Shown: positions 20,743-31,385 of the stretch, piece by piece
How positions within the stretch are numbered: the stretch's first letter is position 1
How the letters are laid out: each line of letters opens with the position of its first letter
Source: an uncultured Candidatus Saccharibacteria bacterium
GTDB lineage: Bacteria > Patescibacteriota > Minisyncoccia > Phycocordibacterales > EsbW-18
Assembly (NCBI GenBank): GCA_964520295.1
Contig: CAZFMQ010000002.1
Location: forward strand, 50,379 to 114,378
Length of the DNA stretch: 64,000 nucleotides
Direction: 5' to 3'
Position numbers and translations under genes: made by a program
Notes under the pieces: generated by a model
Databases searched by the model: none
Seen by the model: the letters and a program-made list of their open reading frames with translations, nothing else
Told to the model about the DNA's origin: nothing

Positions 20743-22458
20743 TTAATGTGTTAAACGTTGTGTTCGTAAGGCTGTTAATTCATGCGATATCGTCTTACAC
20801 AGGGCTAAAAACTCGGCAACCTTCTGTTCATCATGCGCTTCCTCTGCCTGCACCAACTGGGTACGTGCATCTGCATAGCGCTCTTTGAGCACTGCTTCGT
20901 GCAGAGAATGCACCATATCCTGCAAGTGCACTGCTGATTCGCCGTACTCACCAAGTGCTTGTTCAAATGTAAAGACATCGCGTTCCGATACTGCCTCATT
21001 TTGTGTCGGGTCATAACCCAGCAGTGTCGTTACGGTCTGTTGCGCATCACGCGCTTCCTGTGTATCTGGCTGTGACTGTATGCAGGCAACAATTTGCCTA
21101 ATCAGGCGTGTTGTACGATCAACAATTTCTTTCTGCTCTTCAGTACTCGGTGCCTCAATAGGCGTTTCTGTAAATGCCACCTGCACTGCTTCCTCTGCAA
21201 TAACGGTTTCGTCAACCCCAACACTGCGAGCAATAAGCGAAATGAAGTGTTGACGGTCAATTTTGTTCTCAATGAGAGACAAAAACGGCAGTACATCGCT
21301 ACGCACATGCTTCTTGAATACGCGTGGATCGTCATATCGTTGTTTGCACAGTGCAAGGACCCACTCCACGACATGCTGCGCCTCACGCACCGCGCGCTTC
21401 CACACTTCTGCATCTTCTTGCAACACATCTGCAGGGTCTTTACCTGCAGGCAATGTCGCAATTTTTACATCCATACCTGACGCAAGTGCAATGCGCGCAC
21501 TCTTGAGAGCCGACGCAATACCCGCATCATCAGCATCCAATGCAATGACAATGTTGTGTGACAAACGATTGAGACGTGTGATGTGATCGGCAGTAAGTGC
21601 TGTGCCTTGCACTGCAACGGCGTTGGTAAATCCTGCTTGATGCACCGCCAACAAATCCATGGGTCCTTCCACAAGAATAGAGAAATCATACTTGCGAATC
21701 CCTATCTTTGCTTTGTCCAAACCGAGCAACACCGTTCCTTTTTTGAATAAAGGCGTTTCTGGTGAGTTTATGTACTTCGGCGCGTCATTTGTTACAGCAC
21801 CAAAACTGCGCCCCGCAAATGCAATGACACGTCCTGATGTATCCAGAATAGGAATGATGATGCGTGAACGGAATGCGTCATAGTACCCAACACCTTTTGA
21901 TGGATCGGCCGTTTTTTTGATGAGCCCCGCACGTTCAATTTCTTGCACGGTGAATTTTTTGCCAATCAAGTAGTCGTGCAGTGCACGCCACCCCGCTTTT
22001 TCAGGTGCATCAATAAATCCCAAACGGAACAGATGCGCCGTTTTTTCTTGAATGCCCCGCCCAGCGAGATACTGGTGCACATCTAAACGCCCTTCCATCT
22101 GTTTTTCAAAGAACTGTGCCGCCATTTCAAGCAGCGTGTAGAGGCGCGCATACACTTCGGTATCCGTATGACGCATGTCCTCCAAAGGTACACCTGCGCG
22201 CTCTGCCAACACTTTCAACGCACCCGGAAAATCTAAACCTTCAAACTGCTCTACGAACGTAAAGATATCTCCTTTTGCGCCACACCCAAAACAGTAGTAC
22301 CCCTCGCGCTCAGGCGAGATAAAAAATGATGCGGTCTTCTCATTGTGGAACGGACATCGTGCTTTGAAGTTTTTTCCTGCTCGCTCAAGCTTGATGTACG
22401 ATGACAAGACGTCGGCAATGGGAAGCCTTTCTTTTATACGATCTGTTGTGTGTGACAT
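20743..22458 (-). CDS. dnaG: DNA primase
   Basis: CPFHNEKT..CFGC zinc finger, PKYINSPET, TOPRIM VEGPMD and DADDAG. Confidence 0.96.
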   Translation of the reverse strand: MSHTTDRIKERLPIADVLSSYIKLERAGKNFKARCPFHNEKTASFFISPEREGYYCFGCGAKGDIFTFVEQFEGLDFPGALKVLAERAGVPLEDMRHTDTEVYARLYTLLEMAAQFFEKQMEGRLDVHQYLAGRGIQEKTAHLFRLGFIDAPEKAGWRALHDYLIGKKFTVQEIERAGLIKKTADPSKGVGYYDAFRSRIIIPILDTSGRVIAFAGRSFGAVTNDAPKYINSPETPLFKKGTVLLGLDKAKIGIRKYDFSILVEGPMDLLAVHQAGFTNAVAVQGTALTADHITRLNRLSHNIVIALDADDAGIASALKSARIALASGMDVKIATLPAGKDPADVLQEDAEVWKRAVREAQHVVEWVLALCKQRYDDPRVFKKHVRSDVLPFLSLIENKIDRQHFISLIARSVGVDETVIAEEAVQVAFTETPIEAPSTEEQKEIVDRTTRLIRQIVACIQSQPDTQEARDAQQTVTTLLGYDPTQNEAVSERDVFTFEQALGEYGESAVHLQDMVHSLHEAVLKERYADARTQLVQAEEAHDEQKVAEFLALCKTISHELTALRTQRLTH

Positions 22459-22486
22459 GCGATGCGTCTGTGGACGTCGCGTGCTC

Positions 22487-25400
22487 TTACTCAAACACTG
22501 ACTCGTCGTCCGCTTCTGTTTCTAGTTGCTGGTGCAACTCCTCAATCATTTCCCACTTAGGGCTGCCCGGAAGGCCGGTTCCCGCAGGAATCAAACGGCC
22601 AATAATGACATTTTCCTTTAGTCCTCGCAGATCGTCCTGCTTACCGCGGACAGCTGCATCAATAAGGACCTTGGTGGTGTGTTGGAATGACGCCGCGGAC
22701 AAGAATGACGCTCGTGAGAGTGCGACGTTGGCAATACCGAGGACCAGCGGAATAACCTTTGCTTCTTTCTTGCCCTCTACTTTTGCCTTATCATTTGCTT
22801 CGCGCGCTTCAAACATTTCAATCGTTGCGCCACGGTGCAATTCAGTTTCTCCTGGATCTTTTACTTGTACACGAGAAAACATCTGCTTGATAATAACTTC
22901 AATGTGCTTGCGTGCGACTGATGCACCCTGCAATTCGTAAATCTTGCTGATTTCATCAATGATGTATTCCTGTGTCTGCTCACGTCCTGCAAACTTGAAG
23001 AGCTCTGATGGATCTGCTGAACCATCGGTCAAAATCTGACCCTTCTCTACATGGTCGCCTACTTTTACTAATGGCACACGGCGATATGCGGCAGTAAAGG
23101 TTACTGCAGTACCACTGCTCTTGCGATCTTCAGTGTCTGGAAGCACACGAATAATTTTTTCTTGGTTTTGTTCAAGGATTTCTGAAACGACACCCGACAC
23201 TTCAGAGATAATTGCTGGGTTTTTCGGTGGGCGGCGCTCAAATACTTCCTGCACACGTGGCAAACCAGACACAATGTCACCGGCAACTGCTGCAGTACCT
23301 CCCGCGTGGAATGTACGCATGGTCAACTGTGTTGCAGGTTCACCGATAGATTGCGCGGCAACAGTACCAACTGATTCTCCGATGGTAACGACAGTGCCTG
23401 TGGCAAGATCCTGCCCGTAACACTTCTGACAAATACCACGCCCTGTCTCACAGGTCATTGGAGAGCGCACCCATACTTCGGGTACACCCGCATCTTCAAT
23501 CTCTCGTGCAAGTGCTTCAGTAACGAACTCACCCTTCTTAAAGAGTACTGTGTCAGATCCATCCTTAATATCCTTTGCGATAAAGCGACCGACGATATTT
23601 TTATAGAGAGGCACATCAATACCTGCAAGATTTTGTGCGGTCATGCGCACGCTTTCTTTGGTACCACAGTCCTCTTCCGTAATCACCACGTCCTGCGCCA
23701 CATCAAAGAGCTTACGCGTCAGATATCCCGATTGCGCCGTGTTCAACGCGGTGTCTCCAAGACCCTTACGAGCACCATTAGTGGTAATGAAGTATTCAAT
23801 TGGTGACAAACCTTCTGCACTTGATGAGAGAATTGGGAAGTCGATGGTACGTCCTTGTGAACCTGCAATAAGACCCTTCAATCCCGCCATGTTGGTAATC
23901 TGACCGATGTTACCTCGGGCACCTGACTTCCACATCGTGTACACATGGCCATTTTCGTCCAAAGAATCACCGAGTACCTTTTCCATCTTGCTACGCACAC
24001 CGTGCCAAATTTCAATATCTTTACGGAATCGCTCTTCATCCGAGAGCAAACCTTCTTCATACTGCTGGCGGTTTTGTTCAACGGTCTTCTGTGCTTCTTC
24101 CACAATTTCAGATTTTCCTGCAGGTACTGGCACATCTTGCAATGCAAACGTAGTTCCTGATGTCGTTGCAAATGTAAATCCGAAGTTTTTAATTTTGTCC
24201 AAAATTTCTACGATGCGCTCTTTTGGATATTTTTCAATCAACGTGTGCACCAAATCTGCCATCTCCTTCTTGGTAATATCCTTGTTGATGAATGGGTAAT
24301 CGTCGGGCAGTGCAATGTTGAACAGCAAACGCCCTACAGATGTCTCAAATGGCTTACCATCAAAGATACGGTAGCGTTCGCTATCTGTTGGGTACACGGT
24401 AATTTTTGCACGTGGAGACAGCACACGAAAATCGTATGCAAGAATTGCCTCATTCGGTGATGCGAATGCGCGACCCTCTCCCTGTTCACCAGGAATAATA
24501 CGTGTAATCCAGTAGCTACCAAGCACAATGTCTTGGTGACCAAGAGAAACAATCGGTGAACCTGAACCTGGCTTCAAAATGTTTTTACCTGAAGACATGA
24601 TTTCACGCGCCTCAAGCTGCGCTTCTTCAGAGAGTGGTACGTGTACTGCCATTTGGTCACCGTCGAAGTCGGCGTTGTATGCTTGCACCACAAGTGGGTG
24701 AATCTGAATTGCCTGTCCTTCAATAAGAATTGGTTTGAATGCTTGAATACCGAGACGGTGCAAGGTTGGTGCGCGGTTAAGCAACACGTACTTGCCTGCA
24801 ATCACCTCTTCAAGAATTCCCCACACTTCTGGACCCATATCGTCGACGAGACGCCCTGCGCCACGAATGTTGTAGGCATAACCACGTGCAATCAATTTTG
24901 AAATAACAAAAGGACGGAAAAGTTCAAGTGCCATGTGCTTTGGCAACCCACACTCATCAAGTTTAAGAGTAGGACCAACCACAATCACTGAACGACCTGA
25001 GTAGTCCACACGCTTACCGAGCAAGTTCTGACGGAAAATACCTTGCTTACCTTTCAAGTTATCCGACAATGACTTGAGCGGACGACGCTGAGCTTGTGAT
25101 ACCGCAGCACCACCTGATGGGTGACGCATTGAGTTATCCACGAGCGCGTCAACTGCTTCTTGTAAAATACGCTTTTCGTTACGCAAAATAACGTTTGGCG
25201 CTTTAATTTCAATCAATTTCTTGAGACGGTTGTTGCGGTTGATTACGCGACGATACAAATCGTTAAGATCAGATGTTGCATGACGTCCACCATCAAGTGC
25301 AACCATCGGACGAAGCGCTGCTGGAATAACCGGAATATTTGAAAGCATCATCCATTCAGGACGAATCTTTGATTTCATCATCGCACGCACCAACGCCAAT

Positions 25401-26167
25401 CGCTTACGCAACTTTTTGCGCTCTTCTGCACCTGCATCATCAACGCGTGCTTCAATTGTCTTTGCAACATCTGCAAGATCAATTTCTTTGAGCAAGTCGT
25501 GAATGGTCTCTGCACCAATACCTGCGTCAAAAATCGCACCATACTTCATCATGAATTTTGCGTATGCTGCTTCATCAAGTACAAGATGCTTCTGAATGCT
25601 GCTGATTTCACGCTTTGTCGTCAAAAATACTTCTTTGAGTTTCTCGCGTGACTTCTCATCCTTGAGTGTCTTTGCTTTTGATTTGTATTCGGTGTCCAAT
25701 TCTTTGAGCAATTTTTCGCGCTCATCTTCGTATACCTTCGTTACGATATAGCCGGCAAAGTAAATCACCTTTTCCAAATCTTGTGCGGTAATACCAAGTA
25801 CGAGACCAATGCGTGATGGCACGTTACGCACAAACCAAATGTGCGCCACTGGTACCGCCAAGCTAATGTGTCCCATGCGCTCACGACGCACGATTGAACG
25901 TGTGATTTCAACACCACACTTTTCACAGGTGATGCCTTTGTAGCGAATGCCTTTGTATTTTCCACAGTAACATTCAAAGTCGCGCTCTGGACCAAAGATG
26001 CGTTCGTCAAACAAACCATTCTTTTCACTGCGCTGTGTGCGGTAGTTGATTGTTTCTGGTTTGGTAACCTCACCGTGTGACCACTCGGCGATTTTGTCGG
26101 GGCTCGCAACCTTGATTGAAACGGTTGAGAATGTCTCCATGATGTCTTCTCGTGTGTTTTTTCGCAT
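22487..26167 (-). CDS. rpoC: RNA polymerase beta' subunit
   Basis: [27 protein letters not shown]. Confidence 0.98.
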   Translation of the reverse strand: MRKNTREDIMETFSTVSIKVASPDKIAEWSHGEVTKPETINYRTQRSEKNGLFDERIFGPERDFECYCGKYKGIRYKGITCEKCGVEITRSIVRRERMGHISLAVPVAHIWFVRNVPSRIGLVLGITAQDLEKVIYFAGYIVTKVYEDEREKLLKELDTEYKSKAKTLKDEKSREKLKEVFLTTKREISSIQKHLVLDEAAYAKFMMKYGAIFDAGIGAETIHDLLKEIDLADVAKTIEARVDDAGAEERKKLRKRLALVRAMMKSKIRPEWMMLSNIPVIPAALRPMVALDGGRHATSDLNDLYRRVINRNNRLKKLIEIKAPNVILRNEKRILQEAVDALVDNSMRHPSGGAAVSQAQRRPLKSLSDNLKGKQGIFRQNLLGKRVDYSGRSVIVVGPTLKLDECGLPKHMALELFRPFVISKLIARGYAYNIRGAGRLVDDMGPEVWGILEEVIAGKYVLLNRAPTLHRLGIQAFKPILIEGQAIQIHPLVVQAYNADFDGDQMAVHVPLSEEAQLEAREIMSSGKNILKPGSGSPIVSLGHQDIVLGSYWITRIIPGEQGEGRAFASPNEAILAYDFRVLSPRAKITVYPTDSERYRIFDGKPFETSVGRLLFNIALPDDYPFINKDITKKEMADLVHTLIEKYPKERIVEILDKIKNFGFTFATTSGTTFALQDVPVPAGKSEIVEEAQKTVEQNRQQYEEGLLSDEERFRKDIEIWHGVRSKMEKVLGDSLDENGHVYTMWKSGARGNIGQITNMAGLKGLIAGSQGRTIDFPILSSSAEGLSPIEYFITTNGARKGLGDTALNTAQSGYLTRKLFDVAQDVVITEEDCGTKESVRMTAQNLAGIDVPLYKNIVGRFIAKDIKDGSDTVLFKKGEFVTEALAREIEDAGVPEVWVRSPMTCETGRGICQKCYGQDLATGTVVTIGESVGTVAAQSIGEPATQLTMRTFHAGGTAAVAGDIVSGLPRVQEVFERRPPKNPAIISEVSGVVSEILEQNQEKIIRVLPDTEDRKSSGTAVTFTAAYRRVPLVKVGDHVEKGQILTDGSADPSELFKFAGREQTQEYIIDEISKIYELQGASVARKHIEVIIKQMFSRVQVKDPGETELHRGATIEMFEAREANDKAKVEGKKEAKVIPLVLGIANVALSRASFLSAASFQHTTKVLIDAAVRGKQDDLRGLKENVIIGRLIPAGTGLPGSPKWEMIEELHQQLETEADDESVFE

Positions 26168-26178
26168 AGTGGTGAGTA

Positions 26179-29100
26179 TTAACGGTTGTCAGATTCTTCG
26201 TGTAATGAGACGTCCAGTGCCAAACCACGCAAGTAGTGCAAGAGCACCGAGAATGACGCTGGTGTGTTTGATTTTGGAATGCGAGCGCCACGGACGACTG
26301 CATCGAACGCTGCTGAACGGCCAAGAATATCGTCTGATTTAATCGTGAGCATTTCACGCAATGTGTATGCCGCACCATAACCCAAGAGCGCCCACACTTC
26401 CATTTCTCCAAAACGCTGACCTCCTCCTTGTGCACGACCACCAAGTGGTTGCTGTGTGATGAGTGAGTATGGACCAATAGAACGCATGTGGAGCTTGTCT
26501 TCCACCATGTGCTCGAGCTTCAAGATGTACATGTAGCCGACCGCAATATCGTTTTCAAATGCCTCTCCGTTACGTCCGTCATACAATTTGACCTTACCCG
26601 TTTCAGAAAATCCTGCGGCAGTAAGCTCTGAACGAATTTCCTCCTGTGTTGCACCCGCAAATGCTGGTACCACCGCTTGATAGCCGAGTGTCTTTGCCGC
26701 AAGACCGAGGTGCAATTCAAGAATCTGTCCGAGGTTCATACGAGATGGCACACCCAATGGTGTGAGCACTACGTCTACCGGCGTACCGTCTTCCATGCGT
26801 GGCATGTCTTCAAGAGGCACCACACGTGAGATAACACCCTTGTTACCGTAACGTCCTGCAACCTTGTCACCGACCGTAATGTTGCGAAGCTGCGCCACTT
26901 CAATGTAAATCTTTTTGATGATGCCCGACTCCATTTGATCACCCTTCTCGCGTGAAAATACTTTCACACCGATAACGCGACCGCGCTTACCGCCTTCCAT
27001 GCGCAATGATGTGTCTTTTACATCACGAGCTTTGTCACCAAAGATTGAGCGCAAGAGACGCTCTTCCGGGGTCAATTGTGACTCACCTTTTGGTGTAATT
27101 TTACCGACGAGAATGTCGCCTGGCTGAATTTCAGATCCAATACGAATGATACCTTCTTCGTCCAAATTGCGGAGTTTGTTTTCTCCCATGTTTGGAATGT
27201 CGTTTGTTGTTACTTCTGGTCCAAGTTTCGTATCACGCACGTTCACAGAAAACTCTTCAATGTGCACCGATGTAAGCACTGATTCGCGCACCAAACGTTC
27301 TGAAATGACAACGGCGTCTTCAAAGTTGTTACCTGACCATGGCATGTATGCCACAAGCAAGTTTTGTCCGAGCGCAATCTGTCCATTGTCTGATGTAGAC
27401 GTGTCTGCAAGCAATTCGCCACGCTTCACGTGCTGACCAAGTGATACTGCGGGACGCTGGTGGAATGAAGTGAAACCGTTGGTACGTGAAAAGTTGATGA
27501 GTGGATACTCATCGTTCTTACCTTTGCTATTTTTCACTACAATCTTACGAGCATCTACATAGGTAACTTCACCCGCTTCACGTGCGTATACCAAACGTCC
27601 TGAGTCGCGAGCTGCACGTTCCTCAATACCCGTTGCCACCAGTGGTGCTGATGGACGCACCGTTGGAACCGCCTGCTTCTGCATGTTTGAACCCATGAGC
27701 GCACGGTTTGCTTCGTTGTGGTTAAGAAACGGAATAAGTGATGTGGCGATTGAGTATGCCTGATTTGTAGAAACGTCAATATATTGTACGTCTGTAGGAG
27801 CAACAAATTGCGGGCGACCGTTCACACGAATCTCTACGCGCGGTGCAGTAATGCGACCTTTTTCATCGCGTGGCGTTGCGGCGTGTCCAATTTTGTAATT
27901 CTGCTCATCCTGTGCGTTGAAGTAAGAGATCTCACCGGTGATGACACCCTTTTCTACTTTCACGTACGGAGTTTCAATAATACCGAAATCATTGACACGA
28001 GCGTACGTCGCCAAGTGCAGAATGAGACCAATATTCGGACCTTCAGGTGTGTGCACAGGACACAGACGACCGTAGTGAGAGTTGTGCACGTCACGCACTT
28101 CAAAGCCCGCGCGCTCACGCGTCAAACCACCTGGACCAAGTGCAGACAAAATGCGGAGGTGCTCCATTTCAGCAAGAATATTTTCCTGTTGCATGAACTG
28201 TGAAAGCTGGTTCGTGCTGTAAAATTCACGAATTTGTGCCTGAAGCGGACGTGGGTTCACGATGTGCATCGGAAGCGTCGTCTCTGCCTCAATAATAGAC
28301 ATGCGGTCTTGGATATTGCGCTTCATACGTGCAAAACCAACGCGCATTTTCTGTTGCAACATTTCTCCTACAAAACGCACGCGACGAGATGCGAGGTCAT
28401 CAACGTCATCTGGTTGTGCATCTGGTGTCTCGTTAAGATGCACAATGTGGTTGATGATGGTGACAAAATCATCCAACGAGAGTGTTCGTTCGCCCATCGC
28501 CTTCTTATCAATTGATTTGCCAAAACGCTGGTTGAAACGGAATCGACCAACCTCAGAAAGATCGTAACGCTCTATATCAAATATTGACTGCACAAAATCA
28601 CGTGCATTTTCTGCCGTTGCGTGTTCCCCATCGCGTAGTTTGCGATGGATTTCAATAAATGAGTCGCTGTCGGTCTGTGCAGTATCGTGCGCAAGTGTTT
28701 TTTCAATGTAGCTCAACGTATCTGGATGTCCCGCGAATAGTTTTTTAATTTCTTCATTTGAAGAAGCACCCAATACACGAAGCACGTGTGTTACTGGAAA
28801 CTTACGCTTGCGGTCAATACGCACCTGCAATGATTTGTTTGCTTCGGTTTCAATTTCAATCCATGCACCGCGTGACGGAATAATTTTTGCGCCAAAATAA
28901 TCCTTTCCGCGAATGTCTTGCGACGTAAAGAGTACACCAAATGAACGGATGAGTTGCGCCACAATAACACGCTCTACACCATTGATGATGAATGTACCGT
29001 GATCGGTCTGCACAGGAAAATCAGAAAGGAAAATCTCTTGCTCTTTTTCTGTGCCGAGGGTTTTGTTGATGAGCTTGGCGGTGATTTTGAGTTGTACTTC

Positions 29101-29340
29101 GTAACTCTGTTTGTTTTCTTTTGCAAAGTACTCGTTGTGTACTACCTCAGTAAATACAGGGTTAGAAAGATGTAGTTCAAACTTTTTTCCTGAGTAGTCA
29201 GCAATAGGAGAAAACTCCTTGAGGAGTTCCTTCACTCCTTTCTCCATAAGCCAACGGAATGAGGCCGTCTGGGCCTCAGTGAAATTTGGGAGTTCAGCGA
29301 GTGGTTTATTGTATCGAGAAAATACTTTCTGTTTGAGCAT
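26179..29340 (-). CDS. rpoB: RNA polymerase beta subunit
   Basis: INGVERVIV, TPEGPNIGL, GSNMQKQ, GDKVAGRYGNKGV, GGQRFGEMEVW. Confidence 0.98.
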   Translation of the reverse strand: MLKQKVFSRYNKPLAELPNFTEAQTASFRWLMEKGVKELLKEFSPIADYSGKKFELHLSNPVFTEVVHNEYFAKENKQSYEVQLKITAKLINKTLGTEKEQEIFLSDFPVQTDHGTFIINGVERVIVAQLIRSFGVLFTSQDIRGKDYFGAKIIPSRGAWIEIETEANKSLQVRIDRKRKFPVTHVLRVLGASSNEEIKKLFAGHPDTLSYIEKTLAHDTAQTDSDSFIEIHRKLRDGEHATAENARDFVQSIFDIERYDLSEVGRFRFNQRFGKSIDKKAMGERTLSLDDFVTIINHIVHLNETPDAQPDDVDDLASRRVRFVGEMLQQKMRVGFARMKRNIQDRMSIIEAETTLPMHIVNPRPLQAQIREFYSTNQLSQFMQQENILAEMEHLRILSALGPGGLTRERAGFEVRDVHNSHYGRLCPVHTPEGPNIGLILHLATYARVNDFGIIETPYVKVEKGVITGEISYFNAQDEQNYKIGHAATPRDEKGRITAPRVEIRVNGRPQFVAPTDVQYIDVSTNQAYSIATSLIPFLNHNEANRALMGSNMQKQAVPTVRPSAPLVATGIEERAARDSGRLVYAREAGEVTYVDARKIVVKNSKGKNDEYPLINFSRTNGFTSFHQRPAVSLGQHVKRGELLADTSTSDNGQIALGQNLLVAYMPWSGNNFEDAVVISERLVRESVLTSVHIEEFSVNVRDTKLGPEVTTNDIPNMGENKLRNLDEEGIIRIGSEIQPGDILVGKITPKGESQLTPEERLLRSIFGDKARDVKDTSLRMEGGKRGRVIGVKVFSREKGDQMESGIIKKIYIEVAQLRNITVGDKVAGRYGNKGVISRVVPLEDMPRMEDGTPVDVVLTPLGVPSRMNLGQILELHLGLAAKTLGYQAVVPAFAGATQEEIRSELTAAGFSETGKVKLYDGRNGEAFENDIAVGYMYILKLEHMVEDKLHMRSIGPYSLITQQPLGGRAQGGGQRFGEMEVWALLGYGAAYTLREMLTIKSDDILGRSAAFDAVVRGARIPKSNTPASFSVLLHYLRGLALDVSLHEESDNR

Positions 29341-29554
29341 ATAGTGGCGCAAAATCTAAGCTATATAATGGTGTAAACCCACAAAGCGCGAGAATCCTGC
29401 CTTTTCTTCAAAAGCAAGCTCGCGGACTACATCATCTGCTAGGTATGGCTAGCAAAAAAACATTTTTATTACCGTGTAAAAACGAAAGTGCACTCAAAAC
29501 TCACTCTACCCCCGTTGAGAGCCCCACTGTACAGCAAAAAAGATTTGCAGTCAA
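29341..29554 (-). promoter_or_regulatory. rpoB promoter and long structured 5' leader
   Basis: TTGACT(29554-29549)-17nt-TACAGT(29531-29526); leader has stems TGCTAG/CTAGCA and CGCGAG..CTTGCTTTT/AAAGGCAGG..CTCGCG. Confidence 0.6.
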
Positions 29555-29579
29555 GCGGTTTTTGTGGTCTGTGGATAAC

Positions 29580-30248
29580 TCAACTGTTCCTCGTATTTTT
29601 TCTCCATTTGTCAATCTCTGCGTGATTTCCTGATCTCAATACTGCCGGCACAGTGTACTTCTTCCCTTTCCATTGCAATACCTCTGGACGCGTATACACG
29701 TCACGAGCTGCAATTCTTTTTTCTTCAAGTGATTCGTGGGCGCCAAGTACCCCTGGTACTTGGCGCGCAACTGCATCAACAACAGTGATTGCGGGAATTT
29801 CTCCACCTGTGAGCACATACGGACCAACAGATACCTCTTCTGCACGCAATATTTTTTTTACACGCGCATCAATACCTTCATAGCGACCTGCAATAAGTAC
29901 GATGTGTTTATAATTCTTTGCAAGTTTTTGTGCGTACGCATTTGTAAACTGTGTGCCTTGCGGAGAAAACACAATGTATTTTGTTTTCGCGGTGCGTCTT
30001 TTTTTTGTCACTGATGCAACGGCCTGCAAAATCGGTTCTGCTTTCATGACCATACCCGGACCACCACCATACGGAATATCATCGGTCTTATGATGCTTAT
30101 CATCTGCAAAATCACGCGGATTTATACAATCAACACGCACAAGTCCCTTGTCTTGTGCACGTTTGAGTATAGACGTGTTGGTATACGCCCCAATCGCCTC
30201 CGGAAAAGTGGTAATGATACTAAAATGGAGCTGTGACCGTGTAGTCAT
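29580..30248 (-). CDS. trmD: tRNA (guanine-N1)-methyltransferase
   Basis: DDIPYGGGPGMVM, GRYEGID, YVLTGGE, SGNH. Confidence 0.96.
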   Translation of the reverse strand: MTTRSQLHFSIITTFPEAIGAYTNTSILKRAQDKGLVRVDCINPRDFADDKHHKTDDIPYGGGPGMVMKAEPILQAVASVTKKRRTAKTKYIVFSPQGTQFTNAYAQKLAKNYKHIVLIAGRYEGIDARVKKILRAEEVSVGPYVLTGGEIPAITVVDAVARQVPGVLGAHESLEEKRIAARDVYTRPEVLQWKGKKYTVPAVLRSGNHAEIDKWRKNTRNS

Positions 30249-30289
30249 AGCTCCATTTTACGCTGTTTCAGCTGTTTATGCGAATACAC

Positions 30290-30613
30290 TTACAGTGTGT
30301 CTTCTTTGAGTGCGGCAAGTGCGTCGTCTACGTTTGCAGCTTGCGTCATGCGTGTTGAACCATCTGGTTCAAGGATTTTCAAATTGACACGTGCGTTGTT
30401 TTTCATGCCCACAACACGCAAGAGTGTGCGGATTGCCTTGGCGGTATTACCCGAGCGACCAACAACCGTACCCATGTCTTTTTGATTCACTTTCAATGTA
30501 ATGAGTACACCCATCTCATCAACGGTGCGCTCAACGTGCACATCGTCTGGATTTTCTACGAGTGCCTTTACAACACTTTCAAGAAACGCTGCGTCCTGAT
30601 ATTCGTTTTGCAT
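30290..30613 (-). CDS. khpA: KH-domain RNA-binding protein
   Basis: LVENPDDV, DMGTVVGRSGNTAKAIRTLL; lies between rpsP and trmD. Confidence 0.88.
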   Translation of the reverse strand: MQNEYQDAAFLESVVKALVENPDDVHVERTVDEMGVLITLKVNQKDMGTVVGRSGNTAKAIRTLLRVVGMKNNARVNLKILEPDGSTRMTQAANVDDALAALKEDTL

Positions 30614-30739
30614 ATAGTATTACTACCTGTCTGGTAACGAGCCCTGTGGCTTGTGTTTCAGTATACGGCAGAGAAAATCCCGTGTCTATTGGATAGTGCA
30701 GAGACCGAAATACCCATTGGCATTTCGGTCTCCAAAAGA

Positions 30740-30763
30740 AAAATCCCGATATATCGGGATTTT
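30740..30763 (-). terminator. Palindromic terminator after rpsP
   Basis: AAAATCCCGATATATCGGGATTTT perfect 24-bp palindrome overlapping the rpsP stop. Confidence 0.75.
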
Positions 30764-31274
30764 ATTCTGTCTTTGGTTCTTCTGTTGCTTCAGGTGCCTC
30801 CGTTGGCGCTTCAACTGGGGCTTCTTCCGCTGGTGCTTCCTCTGCTGGCGCTTCAGCAGGTGTCTCAACAGGAGCTTCTTCGGGAGTCGTTTCAGCTGAT
30901 GCAACTACTGGCTCTGCAACCGCCTCTGTGGGTGCTTCTGCCTGAGCCTCTGCCGCTGCCTCTGGAGCCGCCACCTCTTCTACAGGTTGTTCTTTTACGA
31001 TTGGGGTCTTCTGTGGAAGTACGTTGCGCTTTTTACCTTCAATAACACCCGCGTCCACAAGCATGTTGTACACACGATCTGTTGGCTGTGCACCATGCGC
31101 AATCCAGTACTTTGCACGTTCTGCATCAAGTGACTTTTGTTTTGTCACTGCATTATAAAAACCAATTTGATCTACGTGACTGCCGGCTTTAGGGCCACGA
31201 GTACCTTCAAGCACCACCACACGGAATGAGGGGTCATTGGTACGGCCATATCGTTGAAGTCGAATCTTGAGCAT
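30762..31274 (-). CDS. rpsP: 30S ribosomal protein S16 with long Glu/Ala/Pro-rich C-terminal tail
   Basis: MLKIRLQRYG...FRVVV...GFYN...W...GAQPTDRV. Confidence 0.93.
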   Translation of the reverse strand: MLKIRLQRYGRTNDPSFRVVVLEGTRGPKAGSHVDQIGFYNAVTKQKSLDAERAKYWIAHGAQPTDRVYNMLVDAGVIEGKKRNVLPQKTPIVKEQPVEEVAAPEAAAEAQAEAPTEAVAEPVVASAETTPEEAPVETPAEAPAEEAPAEEAPVEAPTEAPEATEEPKTE

Positions 31275-31385
31275 TTTTGAGAATGAAAAACTGCCGAAAC
31301 AGCAGTCACAGAACTGTACCAAAAGGCACGGAAAAAGGCAATATCTGTAGCCAATAACCCCTTTGTATGGTATCGTCTGACCCAC

